Source: Candidatus Poribacteria bacterium (GTDB lineage: Bacteria > Poribacteria > WGA-4E > WGA-3G). Taken from it: a stretch of DNA of 64,000 bases. Under the pieces are notes generated by a model. It did no database searches and was not told the DNA's origin. It was given only the letters and a program-made list of their open reading frames with translations. Location: NCBI GenBank assembly GCA_965237835.1, contig OZ250160.1, positions 2,530,146-2,594,145 on the forward strand, written 5' to 3'. Made by a program: the position numbers and the translations under genes. This document shows positions 10,941-20,578 of this stretch, one piece after another. Each line of letters begins with the position of its first letter. Positions within the stretch are counted from its first letter, which is position 1.

Positions 10941-11712
10941 ATGAAGACAGTTAAAAATTTTTCTTGGAAGAGGGAAATCGAGGATGGTGCGCTGCATCGT
11001 CGGTTTTTGGAAACAGGCAGCGAAGCAGCACTGCGTTTGCTTATGCAGAAGTACTATAAGCCAATTTGTAGTCACGTTTTCGCGATCTTGAAAGATCATC
11101 AAGATGCAGATGAAATCACAAATGAAACCTTCCTCAAAGCCTTCAATAAGAGGGAAACGATCAAGTATCCTGATAAACTCGTGAGTTGGTTATATAAGAC
11201 CGCGAAAAATGCGGCGATTGAGCGATTAAGAGCCAGACAACGAGATGTTCACCAGATGCTCGATTTAGTCTCTCTTGATAATTTGGATGCTGAAAGAGAA
11301 GCTGCAGCCGCATCAATATTTGCGGCACAGCAGATTGAGACTGATCAATACTTGTTGACAAGTCTGCTGCGACTTCATAACGGAAAAGGATCGTGAGGTT
11401 GTAGAATACTTATTAGATGACCTAAAGCCGAAGCAGATTGCTGAAGTGATAGACTCCACACCGGAAGCAGTTCAGAAAAGATGGGAACGGATACTCAAGT
11501 GGTTAAGCCCGATTGCTCACCGATTAGACGAACTGCTTAATAACCTTCCGCCTCAAGAACGGAAAATAATGGAACGGTATTTAGATAATCAACCTCTTGA
11601 AGAGATTAGTGAAAAATTAGGTATCTCCCCGACTAATGTTAAAGCATGCGTGAAACGTGTGATGAAGCAGTGGAAGAAAACCACAAGGCAAACGCCACGA
11701 AACGGAGGATAA
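10941..11712 (+). pseudogene. ECF (sigma-70 family) sigma factor, split by an apparent +1 frameshift near 11375-11380
   Basis: Region 2 (ETFLKAF, KLVSWLYKTAKNAAIERLRARQR) lies in frame 0 and ends at 11396. A region-4 HTH (EISEKLGISPTNVKACVKRV) continues in another frame to 11712. Deleting one A in the A-run restores LRLHNGKDREVVEYLLDDL. Confidence 0.6.
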
Positions 11713-11713
11713 T

Positions 11714-12472
11714 ATGCTTCGCGACATCTGGACAAATAAATGGTTTATCGGTGGCTTTGGTTTTCTGATTGTTTTCGCGGTGCTGTGTTACTTCTGGTAC
11801 CAACACGATATTGCGTCATTCCAACAACAGTTATCGGCTACCGGTGATATTGTCTTTCAAGGGGATCTATCTCAAAAGGCACAAAAAACCGTTCAAACAG
11901 ACGTGCCGCTGATAGAATCTCTTGAATCTGTAGAAAATAGGTCTGAATCTGTTAGGGATACGTCGGTTCCCACAGAGAAGACAACAGAAAAAACCGACAC
12001 GTTTGAGATAAACACAAATTTAACTGCGGATGCTCCTATCTCTCCCTTTGGATTTGGTGCGTATCCTGAAGTTCCCGCTGATTATCCGTTTCAGGAACAA
12101 CTTTGGGATAATGCCACGCCAGAGCATGAGTTGTTAGTCCGAGTCGAAGTTAAGTTATGGAAACAAGGCACACAAACTAAAGGCTCTATGTTTGATCCTA
12201 ATAATGGTCTCATTTATCCATCTATTCCTGGTGTCCTTTACGTGCAATGGCGTTACATTGAAGAAGGAGACCCAGATTTAGTAGGGCAACGGTATGCCGG
12301 TAGAGTAAGCGGTGACGGAGATACTGCTAAAAAGTGGCAATCCTTATACCTTACTGACCGTATGTTTGAACGCACAGACGTAACGCATGACACTGAGGCA
12401 TCAGGTATAAAGATTTATGAGTACCCAGACGGGGGTATAGACCCCTACAAATTCCTCGATTTAACGAGGTAA
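11714..12472 (+). CDS. Cassette protein X1: N-terminal signal-anchor TM helix plus a conserved ~150-aa C-terminal domain of unknown function
   Basis: TM segment WFIGGFGFLIVFAVLCYFWY. The C-domain SPFGFGAYPEVPADYPFQE...YEYPDGGIDPYKFLDL is shared with 15254-16051, 19810-20568 and 24258-25397. Confidence 0.7.
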   Translation: MLRDIWTNKWFIGGFGFLIVFAVLCYFWYQHDIASFQQQLSATGDIVFQGDLSQKAQKTVQTDVPLIESLESVENRSESVRDTSVPTEKTTEKTDTFEINTNLTADAPISPFGFGAYPEVPADYPFQEQLWDNATPEHELLVRVEVKLWKQGTQTKGSMFDPNNGLIYPSIPGVLYVQWRYIEEGDPDLVGQRYAGRVSGDGDTAKKWQSLYLTDRMFERTDVTHDTEASGIKIYEYPDGGIDPYKFLDLTR

Positions 12473-12482
12473 GGAAAATAAA

Positions 12483-13256
12483 ATGAAATTGTATCGTGTT
12501 CTTTTACTAATTTTCTGTTCAGGCATCCTCTTCGTTGGTGTCGTTAGTGATATTTCAGCAGCAGGTTTTGATCGTGACGGTCCCTATGAAGCTTCTGTAG
12601 ATGCCCGTCGCTTTGGCGGAAATGAAAACAGATTACATGTCAATTTGTATGCAAGGGCTTCTAGTACTGACCGAGCGAGAAATGGTTACTTGAATATATT
12701 TCTTAAGATAACTAACGGATGGTCAGTAGATCCGGCTGTTACCCCTGTTGATAGTCACGTCTGGCTTTGGGATCACCGTGATTTTCAGTTTGAAGAAAAC
12801 GGAGGCTATGTTTATGCATATGCTTCTGGACAAGACACAGGGAGAGCCTGGTATACCGCCTACACTGACGACACTGCGGAGCCGATGCCTCCTCCTGATC
12901 CTCCACCCGCCACCAACCCCACCAACCCCACCAACCCCGAACCACAATTGGGCATATCCCCCGTAGATCCAGATGACACTCCTTATCCCGGCGAAGCACA
13001 TGAGTACAGACTTGTCACAGATGCACCTTATTACTATGTGTATTGGTATGTGAAGGCACCTTGGGAGACAAGTGAACGCGGATCATATATAGGGAGTGAC
13101 TCAGGTGACGGCACGACAACTGAAGCAACATTCAGTTACACGTTCCCGAGCGGTGCAATGCATACTGGAGATTTTCTGATAACAGCGGTCATTTACCGGT
13201 GGTCAGATATGTCTGAGTATGAGGAGACCTATACTGCGACTGTGTTGTTAGATTAA
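12483..13256 (+). CDS. Cassette protein Y1: secreted protein with a variable N-domain, a Pro-rich linker and a conserved C-terminal domain
   Basis: Signal peptide. Linker PMPPPDPPPATNPTNPTNPEPQLGISPVDPDD. The C-domain (...YYYVYWYVKAPWETSERG...YEETYTATVLLD) is shared with 16066-16836 and 20579-21358. RBS-coupled 10 bp after X1. Confidence 0.7.
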   Translation: MKLYRVLLLIFCSGILFVGVVSDISAAGFDRDGPYEASVDARRFGGNENRLHVNLYARASSTDRARNGYLNIFLKITNGWSVDPAVTPVDSHVWLWDHRDFQFEENGGYVYAYASGQDTGRAWYTAYTDDTAEPMPPPDPPPATNPTNPTNPEPQLGISPVDPDDTPYPGEAHEYRLVTDAPYYYVYWYVKAPWETSERGSYIGSDSGDGTTTEATFSYTFPSGAMHTGDFLITAVIYRWSDMSEYEETYTATVLLD

Positions 13257-13292
13257 AAATTATGTCACATTTATCAGTATGAATAACAATAG

Positions 13293-13330
13293 ACAGGTAA
13301 CTTTGCGGTTACCTGTCTTCTCTTTTTATC
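13293..13330 (+). terminator. Rho-independent terminator after Y1 (copies follow Y2 and Y3)
   Basis: acaggtaac-tttgc-ggttacctgt followed by cttctctttttat. Confidence 0.6.
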
Positions 13331-13338
13331 AGAAAAAG

Positions 13339-13367
13339 TTGACATGTAACATGTATACGCGTATATT
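13339..13367 (+). promoter_or_regulatory. Near-consensus sigma-70 promoter upstream of the WD40 gene
   Basis: TTGACA, 17-nt spacer, TATATT. Identical in the duplicated intergenic segments at 16919 and about 21437. Confidence 0.5.
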
Positions 13368-13544
13368 ATCTGAACCAGGATTTTCAGGATTATCAGATTT
13401 TCAGGATTATAGATACTTCCTCAAATGAACAAGGACTTTGTTGAGAAATATAGATTTGAAGATAATACTAGCAGAAGATAGCCATCCATCTAAAAGCATA
13501 CTAATCCTGATAATCCCATAATCCTGTCCATCCTGGTTCAGACA
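13368..13544. repeat. ~177-bp element bounded by ~40-bp imperfect inverted repeats (tctgaaccaggatt...aatcctggttcaga), MITE-like family 2, forming the 5' leader of the WD40 gene
   Basis: Left arm tctgaaccaggattttcaggattatcag, right arm ctaatcctgataatcccataatcctgtccatcctggttcaga. A complete copy lies at 34728-34852 and partial copies near 31716, 52640 and 55385. Confidence 0.5.
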
Positions 13545-13643
13545 ATCCGAGATTTAGACAGAACCTTTGACATTTAATCCAACACATAGTAGAATAAACA
13601 CAACGTTAATTGGTATTAGAACAGCACATAGGAGAACACACCC

Positions 13644-14753
13644 ATGAGAAACAGATTGTTTTCAATTTTTACAGCACTGTTTGTAGCACTCCCATTTATG
13701 ACCTGCAGTCTCCCATCAGGTTCATTGGAGGATCCGCTGCATGATCCACAGCAAGCCCCGCAGCAAGAGCATTTACCCGAAGGCGCGAAAGGGCGCATCA
13801 AGAAAGACAGGATCAATGATATAGCGTATTCACCAGACGGCACAAAGCTCGCTGTAGCAGGTGGTAGCGGTATTTGGCTCTACGATGCACAGACAGGTCA
13901 TGAACTTGTCCAATTCGCAGGACATACCGGTAAAGTCCACAACGTGGCATTTAGTCCGGATGGAAAGACTATCGTAAGTGCCGGTACCAGTTACGATCGG
14001 ACCATTCGTATATGGGATGTGAACACGGGAAGAAACCTACGAACATTCAAATATCAGGTCTTTGACGTTGCGTTTAGTCCGGATGGAAAGACGATCATAA
14101 GTGGCAGTCATGACAAAAACCTCTACTTATTGGATGCGGACACAGGTAAACTCCTACGCACCCTCTCTGGGCATACGGATTTTGTCTGGTACGTGGCGTT
14201 TAGTCCGGACGGAAAAACTATTGCAAGTCGCAGTCAAGACCAGACCATTTGTCTGTGGGATGCGGACATAGGTAAACTCCTACAAACAATCACATGGCAT
14301 TCGCATCTGCCCAAGCATCCTCTCAAGCATCCTCTCAATACCGTAATTTTTAGTCCTGATGGAAAGATGATCGCAAGTGTTGGTGATGACCAGACTATTT
14401 GGCTGTGGGATGTGAACACGGGAAAACAACTACGAACAATCGCAAGAAACACGTCTCCTCATCGTAAGAACTTGGCATTTAGTCCGGATGGAAGCATGAT
14501 TGCATGTAACAATTGGAAGGATATTGATCTGTGGGATGTGAACACGGGAAAACTCCTACGAACACTCACAGGGTATCGGGAGAATAACCCACCGCGTCGG
14601 GACCGGTTCAGCGGACATATTTTAGGATCCCCCTGGGTCTTTATGGTGGTGTTCAGTCCGGATGGAAAGACTATCGCAGGTGCCAGTGGGCATGGCGTCC
14701 ATCTGTGGGATGTGAACACGGGATACCTCCAAAAACTCATCAGTGGTTTTTGA
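13644..14753 (+). CDS. WD40 repeat beta-propeller protein with N-terminal secretion/lipoprotein-like signal (WD40-1)
   Basis: Repeated [21 protein letters not shown] WD40 units. Signal [17 protein letters not shown]. Confidence 0.85.
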   Translation: MRNRLFSIFTALFVALPFMTCSLPSGSLEDPLHDPQQAPQQEHLPEGAKGRIKKDRINDIAYSPDGTKLAVAGGSGIWLYDAQTGHELVQFAGHTGKVHNVAFSPDGKTIVSAGTSYDRTIRIWDVNTGRNLRTFKYQVFDVAFSPDGKTIISGSHDKNLYLLDADTGKLLRTLSGHTDFVWYVAFSPDGKTIASRSQDQTICLWDADIGKLLQTITWHSHLPKHPLKHPLNTVIFSPDGKMIASVGDDQTIWLWDVNTGKQLRTIARNTSPHRKNLAFSPDGSMIACNNWKDIDLWDVNTGKLLRTLTGYRENNPPRRDRFSGHILGSPWVFMVVFSPDGKTIAGASGHGVHLWDVNTGYLQKLISGF

Positions 14754-14935
14754 TACGACCGCGCTGCGGTCTGTTGTAAAATGCCAATTTTCTGTTAGCG
14801 GAATTGTCCCTTAAATCTATCTATAAGAGAAAACTCTCATAGAATAATAGCATCTGTTTGCAAGCATTCCTATCTGGTTTTGTGAATTAAATTCTAAACG
14901 TCCCTGTTAATTTCTACTTGGTAAGGAGAAAAATC

Positions 14936-16051
14936 ATGAAATTTGTCAACTTCTGTCTGTTTACTACTTTTGTTCTTACAACAGTAATGCAAATCGGATG
15001 TTTGTCCGGTGGTGCGATGGGTACTGCGGAAAAATTAAGTGAGACGAAAGACTATCGCGGTGCATTAGAAGTCTATCAAAATGTTGTAGATACCAAACCC
15101 GGTACTGCTGACGCGCGCGCAGCACAACTCGCAATAGGTGAACTCTACATTGAGCATATACATTAACCCGAACAAGGGATTGAAACTTATGAAGCGGTCA
15201 TTGCTGAAGCACCCACAAGCGATGAAGCTGCAGAGGCACACTATCGTCTCGGGATGCACGCCTATCGCCAAAAAGACTATGACGCAGCGCAAACCCAATT
15301 TGGTACTATTGTTAACCATTTTTCGCATCTGGAATTGAGTCACAACGCACAACTGATGTCGGCAAAAAGTTATGAGGATGGGCAAAAATTTGAACAAGCT
15401 GTAGAAGTTTATGATAATTTTGCGAACCGCAACCCACAGAGTAAACGCGCTGCACAAGCCCTCGCCAATAAAGCACGAATACAACGCAAATTCCTTAAAG
15501 ATGATGATGAAGCGATACGTACCCTGCAATTATTAGTCATAAAATACGGCAAAATTAAGAGCGCAGAATCATACGTTAAAGAAGCTAAAAAAGTATTAAT
15601 TGAATTCAATGTCTCTCCTTTTGGATTTGGTGCATATCCTGAAGTTCCCGCCGATTATCCATTTCAGGAGCGACTTTGGGATAATGCCACGCCAGAGAAT
15701 GAGTTGTTAATCCGAGTTCAGATTAAGTTATGGAATCAAGGAACACGAACTAAAGGTGCAGCGTTTAGTAGTAATGGTCTCGTTTATCCCACAATTTCTG
15801 GTGTCCTTTACGTAGAATGGCGTTACATTGAAGAAGGTGACCCAGATTTAGTAGGGCGACGGTATGCCGGTACAGTAAGCGGTGACGGAGAGACTGCTAA
15901 AAAGTGGCGATCTTTATACCTTACTGACCGTATGTTTGAGCGCACAGACGTAACGCATGACACTAAGGTATCAGGTATAAAGATTTATGAGTATCCAGAT
16001 GGAGGAATAGACCCCTACAAATTCCTCGATTTACCGAGGCAAGGAGAATAA
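14936..16051 (+). pseudogene. Cassette protein X2: TPR lipoprotein carrying the conserved X C-domain, interrupted by an in-frame TAA at 15164-15166
   Basis: The intact paralog at 24258-25397 reads CAA (Q) where this copy reads TAA. Lipobox MQIGC. TPR-like helices. The downstream ORF 15254-16051 carries the X C-domain. Confidence 0.6.
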
Positions 16052-16065
16052 AATGAAACTGTCCA

Positions 16066-16836
16066 GTGTTTTTTTACTTTTCATGCGTTGTCCTCTTCGT
16101 TGTTGCAGTTGGTGATATTTCAGCAGCTGTTGGACAGGACGGTCCCTATACTGCTGAAGCATACGGCTATCGCGTGGGCGGAATTAATAATGACAGATTA
16201 AATGTCAGTTTGTCTGGTAGGGCTAGTAGTACTGTGTTTGGAAGTGACGGTTATTATAAAATAGAGTTATTTAAAGAACTACCCAGCGGATGGAGTATAA
16301 TTGCTGAACAGGACGAGGTTGATACACATGGTGGTCAAATTGATGGCCACTTCTATGTAAACCTAGACTTAGATCTTCCTAGGGAAGAATACGCATGCTT
16401 TATTGACGTTGATGTTAGTGGTAGAGCGACAAATGGAAGGTACTGTTTTGCGGATGCTGATGAATATGTGGGACCGATGCCTCCACCTCCCCCTAATCCT
16501 CAACTCATCATCGACCCCGAACCACAAGTGGGCATATCCTCCGTAGATCCAGATGACACTCCTTATCCGGGGAACACATACGAGTTCAGACTTATCACAG
16601 ATGTCCATTATTATTGGGTGGACTGGTATGTGAAAGCACCCTGGGAGACAAGTGAAAGGGGAACACATATAGAAGGTCAATTAGGAGATGGCGAGACAAC
16701 TGAATCTACATTCAGTTACACGTTCCCGAGCGGTGCAATGCATACTGGAGATTTTCTGATAACAGCGGTCATTTACCGGTGGTCAGATATGTCTGAGTAT
16801 GAGGAGACCTATACTGCGACTGTGTTGTTAGATTAA
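16066..16836 (+). CDS. Cassette protein Y2 (secreted; variable N-domain, conserved C-domain); the native ATG at 16053 is out of frame through a T7 homopolymer, so the ORF opens at a GTG
   Basis: The ATG at 16053 reads into a TGA. A T7 run at 16068-16074 sits in the signal-peptide codons. The C-terminal 100 aa are almost identical to Y1 and Y3. Confidence 0.55.
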   Translation: MFFYFSCVVLFVVAVGDISAAVGQDGPYTAEAYGYRVGGINNDRLNVSLSGRASSTVFGSDGYYKIELFKELPSGWSIIAEQDEVDTHGGQIDGHFYVNLDLDLPREEYACFIDVDVSGRATNGRYCFADADEYVGPMPPPPPNPQLIIDPEPQVGISSVDPDDTPYPGNTYEFRLITDVHYYWVDWYVKAPWETSERGTHIEGQLGDGETTESTFSYTFPSGAMHTGDFLITAVIYRWSDMSEYEETYTATVLLD

Positions 16837-17223
16837 AAATTATGTCACATTTATCAGTATGAATAACAATAGACAGGTAACTTTGCGGTTACCTGTCTTC
16901 TCTTTTTATCAGAAAAAGTTGACATGTAACATGTATACGCGTATATTATCTGAACCAGGATTTTCAGGATTATCAGATTTTCAGGATTATAGATACTTCC
17001 TCAAATGAACAAGGACTTTGTTGAGAAATATAGATTTGAAGATAATACTAGCAGAAGATAGCCATCCATCTAAAAGCATACTAATCCTGATAATCCCATA
17101 ATCCTGTCCATCCTGGTTCAGACAATCCGAGATTTAGACAGAACCTTTGACATTTAATCCAACACATAGTAGAATAAACACAACGTTAATTGGTATTAGA
17201 ACAGCACATAGGAGAACACACCC

Positions 17224-18333
17224 ATGAGAAACAGATTGTTTTCAATTTTTACAGCACTGTTTGTAGCACTCCCATTTATGACCTGCAGTCTCCCATCAGG
17301 TTCATTGGAGGATCCGCTGCATGATCCACAGCAAGCCCCGCAGCAAGAGCATTTACCCGAAGGCGCGAAAGGGCGCATCAAGAAAGACAGGATCAATGAT
17401 ATAGCGTATTCACCAGACGGCACGAAGCTCGCGGTGGCAGGTGGTAGCGGTATTTGGCTCTATGATGCACAGACAGGTCATGAACTTGTCCAATTCGCAG
17501 GACATACCGGTAAAGTCCACAACGTGGCATTTAGTCCGGATGGAAAGACTATCGTAAGTGCCGGTACCAGTTACGATCGGACCATTCGTATATGGGATGT
17601 GAACACGGGAAGAAACCTACGAACATTCAAGTATCAGGTCTTTGACGTTGCGTTTAGTCCGGATGGAAAGACGATCATAAGTGGCAGTCATGACAAAAAC
17701 CTCTACTTATTGGATGCGGACACAGGTAAACTCCTACGCACCCTCTCTGGGCATACGGATTTTGTCTGGTACGTGGCGTTTAGTCCGGACGGAAAAACTA
17801 TCGCAAGTCGCAGTCAGGACAAGACCATTTGTCTGTGGGATGCGGACATAGGTAAACTCCTACAAACAATCACATGGCATTCGCATCTGCCCAAGCATCC
17901 TCACAAGCATCCTCTCAATACCGTAATTTTTAGTCCTGATGGAAAGATGATCGCAAGTGTTGGTGATGACCAGACTATTTGGCTGTGGGATGTGAACACG
18001 GGAAAACAACTACGAACAATCGCAAGAAACACGTCTCCTTATCGTAAGAACTTGGCATTTAGTCCGGATGGAAGCATGATTGCATGTAACAATTGGAAGG
18101 ATATTGATCTGTGGGATGTGAACACGGGAAAACAACTACGAACACTCACAGGGTATCGGGAGAATAACCCATCGCATCGGGACCGGTTCAGCGGACATAT
18201 TTTAGGAAACCCCAGCATCTTTACGGTGGTGTTTAGTCCGGATGGAAAGACTATCGCAGGTGCCAATAGGCGTGGCGTCCATCTGTGGGATGTGAACACG
18301 GGGTACCTCCGAAAACTCATCAGTGGTTTTTGA
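17224..18333 (+). CDS. WD40 repeat lipoprotein-like protein (WD40-2), near-identical to WD40-1
   Basis: 369 aa with only a few substitutions relative to 13644-14753. The upstream 387 bp is identical to 13257-13643. Confidence 0.85.
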   Translation: MRNRLFSIFTALFVALPFMTCSLPSGSLEDPLHDPQQAPQQEHLPEGAKGRIKKDRINDIAYSPDGTKLAVAGGSGIWLYDAQTGHELVQFAGHTGKVHNVAFSPDGKTIVSAGTSYDRTIRIWDVNTGRNLRTFKYQVFDVAFSPDGKTIISGSHDKNLYLLDADTGKLLRTLSGHTDFVWYVAFSPDGKTIASRSQDKTICLWDADIGKLLQTITWHSHLPKHPHKHPLNTVIFSPDGKMIASVGDDQTIWLWDVNTGKQLRTIARNTSPYRKNLAFSPDGSMIACNNWKDIDLWDVNTGKQLRTLTGYRENNPSHRDRFSGHILGNPSIFTVVFSPDGKTIAGANRRGVHLWDVNTGYLRKLISGF

Positions 18334-18351
18334 TACGACCGCGCTGCGGTA

Positions 18352-18579
18352 TTAGGTATTTAGAACAGCACAAAAGGAGAACACACCCATGAAAAATAGC
18401 ACGAAACCAACTTTGTTGACATTTCCAACGCAAACCCTCCTCTTTGAGCCATTCCCAGATCGTTGAATCAGAAGATGAATACCCGTTTTCTCTGTAAACG
18501 CAGTTTGCAATCGTCCCAGTGTCCATACCTCAAATGGATAACCGAGACTACGCGGTTTTTGCAACGCTAAATCTATCAT
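18352..18579 (-). pseudogene. Remnant of an IS630-family transposase N-terminal HTH region
   Basis: [24 protein letters not shown]...RSGNGSKRR resembles the winged-HTH region of IS630/Tc1 transposases. Only ~75 aa remain. Confidence 0.35.
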
Positions 18580-19640
18580 ACCATATTAACTTGATTAGAA
18601 GTCTTTTGATATAGCACACGGTTGCGAGGCACGGGGACCTCGCGCTACAGATCGGGTTAATTTGGTATCAGTTGACCGCGCACCTCCGTTGAATGAATAC
18701 GCGGTTTACCGCTTTTCGGTTTATCAGCAGGTTTTCCTTTGATACCTTTTTCGTTCACGCAGCAGATATACTTGATTTGAAACCCGCTTGTTTTGCTGCT
18801 TGGGCAGCTGTCAGGGTGTTGTCATCAATCATGCTGACAATCAACCTGGCTCTCTGCACAGTCCGATAACATCTCCTCTATTTATAGCCCTCCGATCACT
18901 GTGTATTTATACCATTCTAAGTGATTATGTTGTGTTAGTTCGTAGGTTCGGTAGAGCGGTAACGAAACCATAAGTGTCAATTTAGTAGTCTTCCAACCCC
19001 GGTAGGTGCGGTTTCCTAACCGCACTATAACCGTCACCAAGTCTAACCGTAGATAAAGGGATACCACTCTCCATTGATAGAATACGAGGCTTCACTAGGT
19101 ATCTCATCACCATTAGCGAGTCCGGAAATGGGTTGGGTTAGTAAACAGACAGCTGCTAGTGCAAAAAGTATGTAGGTGCAAAAGGGGGCATGATATGAAA
19201 AAAGTTGGAAATGTTGAATGTCCACGGTTGAACGTAGGTGTGTAATTATCGGATATTTGCTATCTGGAATACGCAGGGCTGCATTTTTTGACACTGGGAA
19301 GTAATATGGGGGGGCTGGTTGTTTTGAAAAAGTCGTTGCGAGGCGTTTTTGACAGGAATTCGTTATATCGTAATGTTGGTCTGTTCAGATGTGCGATACG
19401 CGCATATGTGCAGCAGTCGCACACGTGCGCAGCACTCGGTGTTCATCTTGCCATATTATTAAAAGGTGTCAGGGATATCGTGCCCTAATATTTTATCCAT
19501 CTTTCAACGAACATTCTAACAGTATCGTTAGGGATATGTGTATTGGTTAAATTATCCATGTATATCGCCGTATAAATCAATATTATCAAAAAAATATACG
19601 ATTACATGTCGGAATTGTCCCCAAATCTACGTCATTATCA

Positions 19641-19808
19641 ATGAAGACAGTTAAAAATTTTTATAGGGAACGGTATTTAGACAATCAACCTCTCAAAGAG
19701 ATTAGTGAAAAATTGGGTATTTCTCTGACTAATGTTGAAGTATGCGTGAAACGTGTGATAAAGCAGTGGAAGAAATCCACAAGGCAAACGCCACGAAACG
19801 GAGGATAA
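19641..19808 (+). pseudogene. In-frame internal-deletion remnant of the ECF sigma gene (55-aa ORF retaining only the region-4 HTH)
   Basis: The first 7 codons (MKTVKNF) are fused to YRERYLDNQPLKEISEKLGISLTNVEVCVKRV. The upstream 140 bp is identical to 10800-10940. Confidence 0.5.
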
Positions 19809-19809
19809 T

Positions 19810-20568
19810 ATGCTTCGCGACATTTGGACAAATAAATGGTTTATCGGTGGCTTCGGTTTTCTGATTGTTTTCTCGGTGCTGTGTTACTTCTGGTACCAAC
19901 ACGATATAGCGTCATTCCAACAACAGTTATCGGCTACCGGTGATATTGTCTTTCAAGGGGATCTATCTCAAAAGGCACAAAAAACCGTTCAAACAGACGT
20001 GCCGCTGATAGAATCTCTTGAATCTGTAGAAAATAGGTCTGAATCTGTTAGGGATACGTCGGTTCCCACAGAGAAGACAACAGAAAAAACCGACACGTTT
20101 GAGATAAACACAAAATTAACTGCGGATGCTCCTACTTCTCCCTTTGGATTTGGTGCATATCCTGAAGTTCCCGCTGATTATCCGTTTCAGGAACGACTTT
20201 GGGATAACGCCACGCCAGAGCATGAGTTGTTAGTCCGAGTCGAAGTTAAGTTATGGAAACAAGGCACACAAACTAAAGGCTCTATGTTTGATACTAATAA
20301 TGGTCTCATTTATCCGACTATTCCTGGTGTCCTTTACGTGAAATGGCGTTACATTGAAGAAGGAGACCCAGATTTAGTAGGGCGAAGGTATGCCGGTAGA
20401 GTAAGCGGTGACGGAGATACTGCTAAAAAGTGGCAATCCTTATACCTTACTGACCGTATGTTTGAACGCACAGACGTAACGCATGACACTGAGGCATCAG
20501 GTATAAAGATTTATGAGTACCCAGACGGGGGTATAGACCCCTACAAATTCCTCGATTTAACGAGGTAA
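19810..20568 (+). CDS. Cassette protein X3 (TM anchor plus conserved X C-domain), near-identical to X1
   Basis: 252 aa with a handful of substitutions relative to 11714-12472. Confidence 0.7.
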   Translation: MLRDIWTNKWFIGGFGFLIVFSVLCYFWYQHDIASFQQQLSATGDIVFQGDLSQKAQKTVQTDVPLIESLESVENRSESVRDTSVPTEKTTEKTDTFEINTKLTADAPTSPFGFGAYPEVPADYPFQERLWDNATPEHELLVRVEVKLWKQGTQTKGSMFDTNNGLIYPTIPGVLYVKWRYIEEGDPDLVGRRYAGRVSGDGDTAKKWQSLYLTDRMFERTDVTHDTEASGIKIYEYPDGGIDPYKFLDLTR

Positions 20569-20578
20569 GGAAAATAAA

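Noticed and set aside
12723-13001. Minus-strand ORFs with WGWWGWW / GGVGGVGG repeats inside Y1
   Set aside because: They are the mirror image of the Pro-rich 9-bp repeat linker of Y1, so they are artefactual.
14918-14935. Upstream TTG starts given in the ORF track for X2 and X4 (14918 and 24240: MVRRKIMKF...)
   Set aside because: These codons overlap the AAGGAG ribosome-binding site. The ATG 7 nt downstream of it (14936 / 24258) is the credible start.
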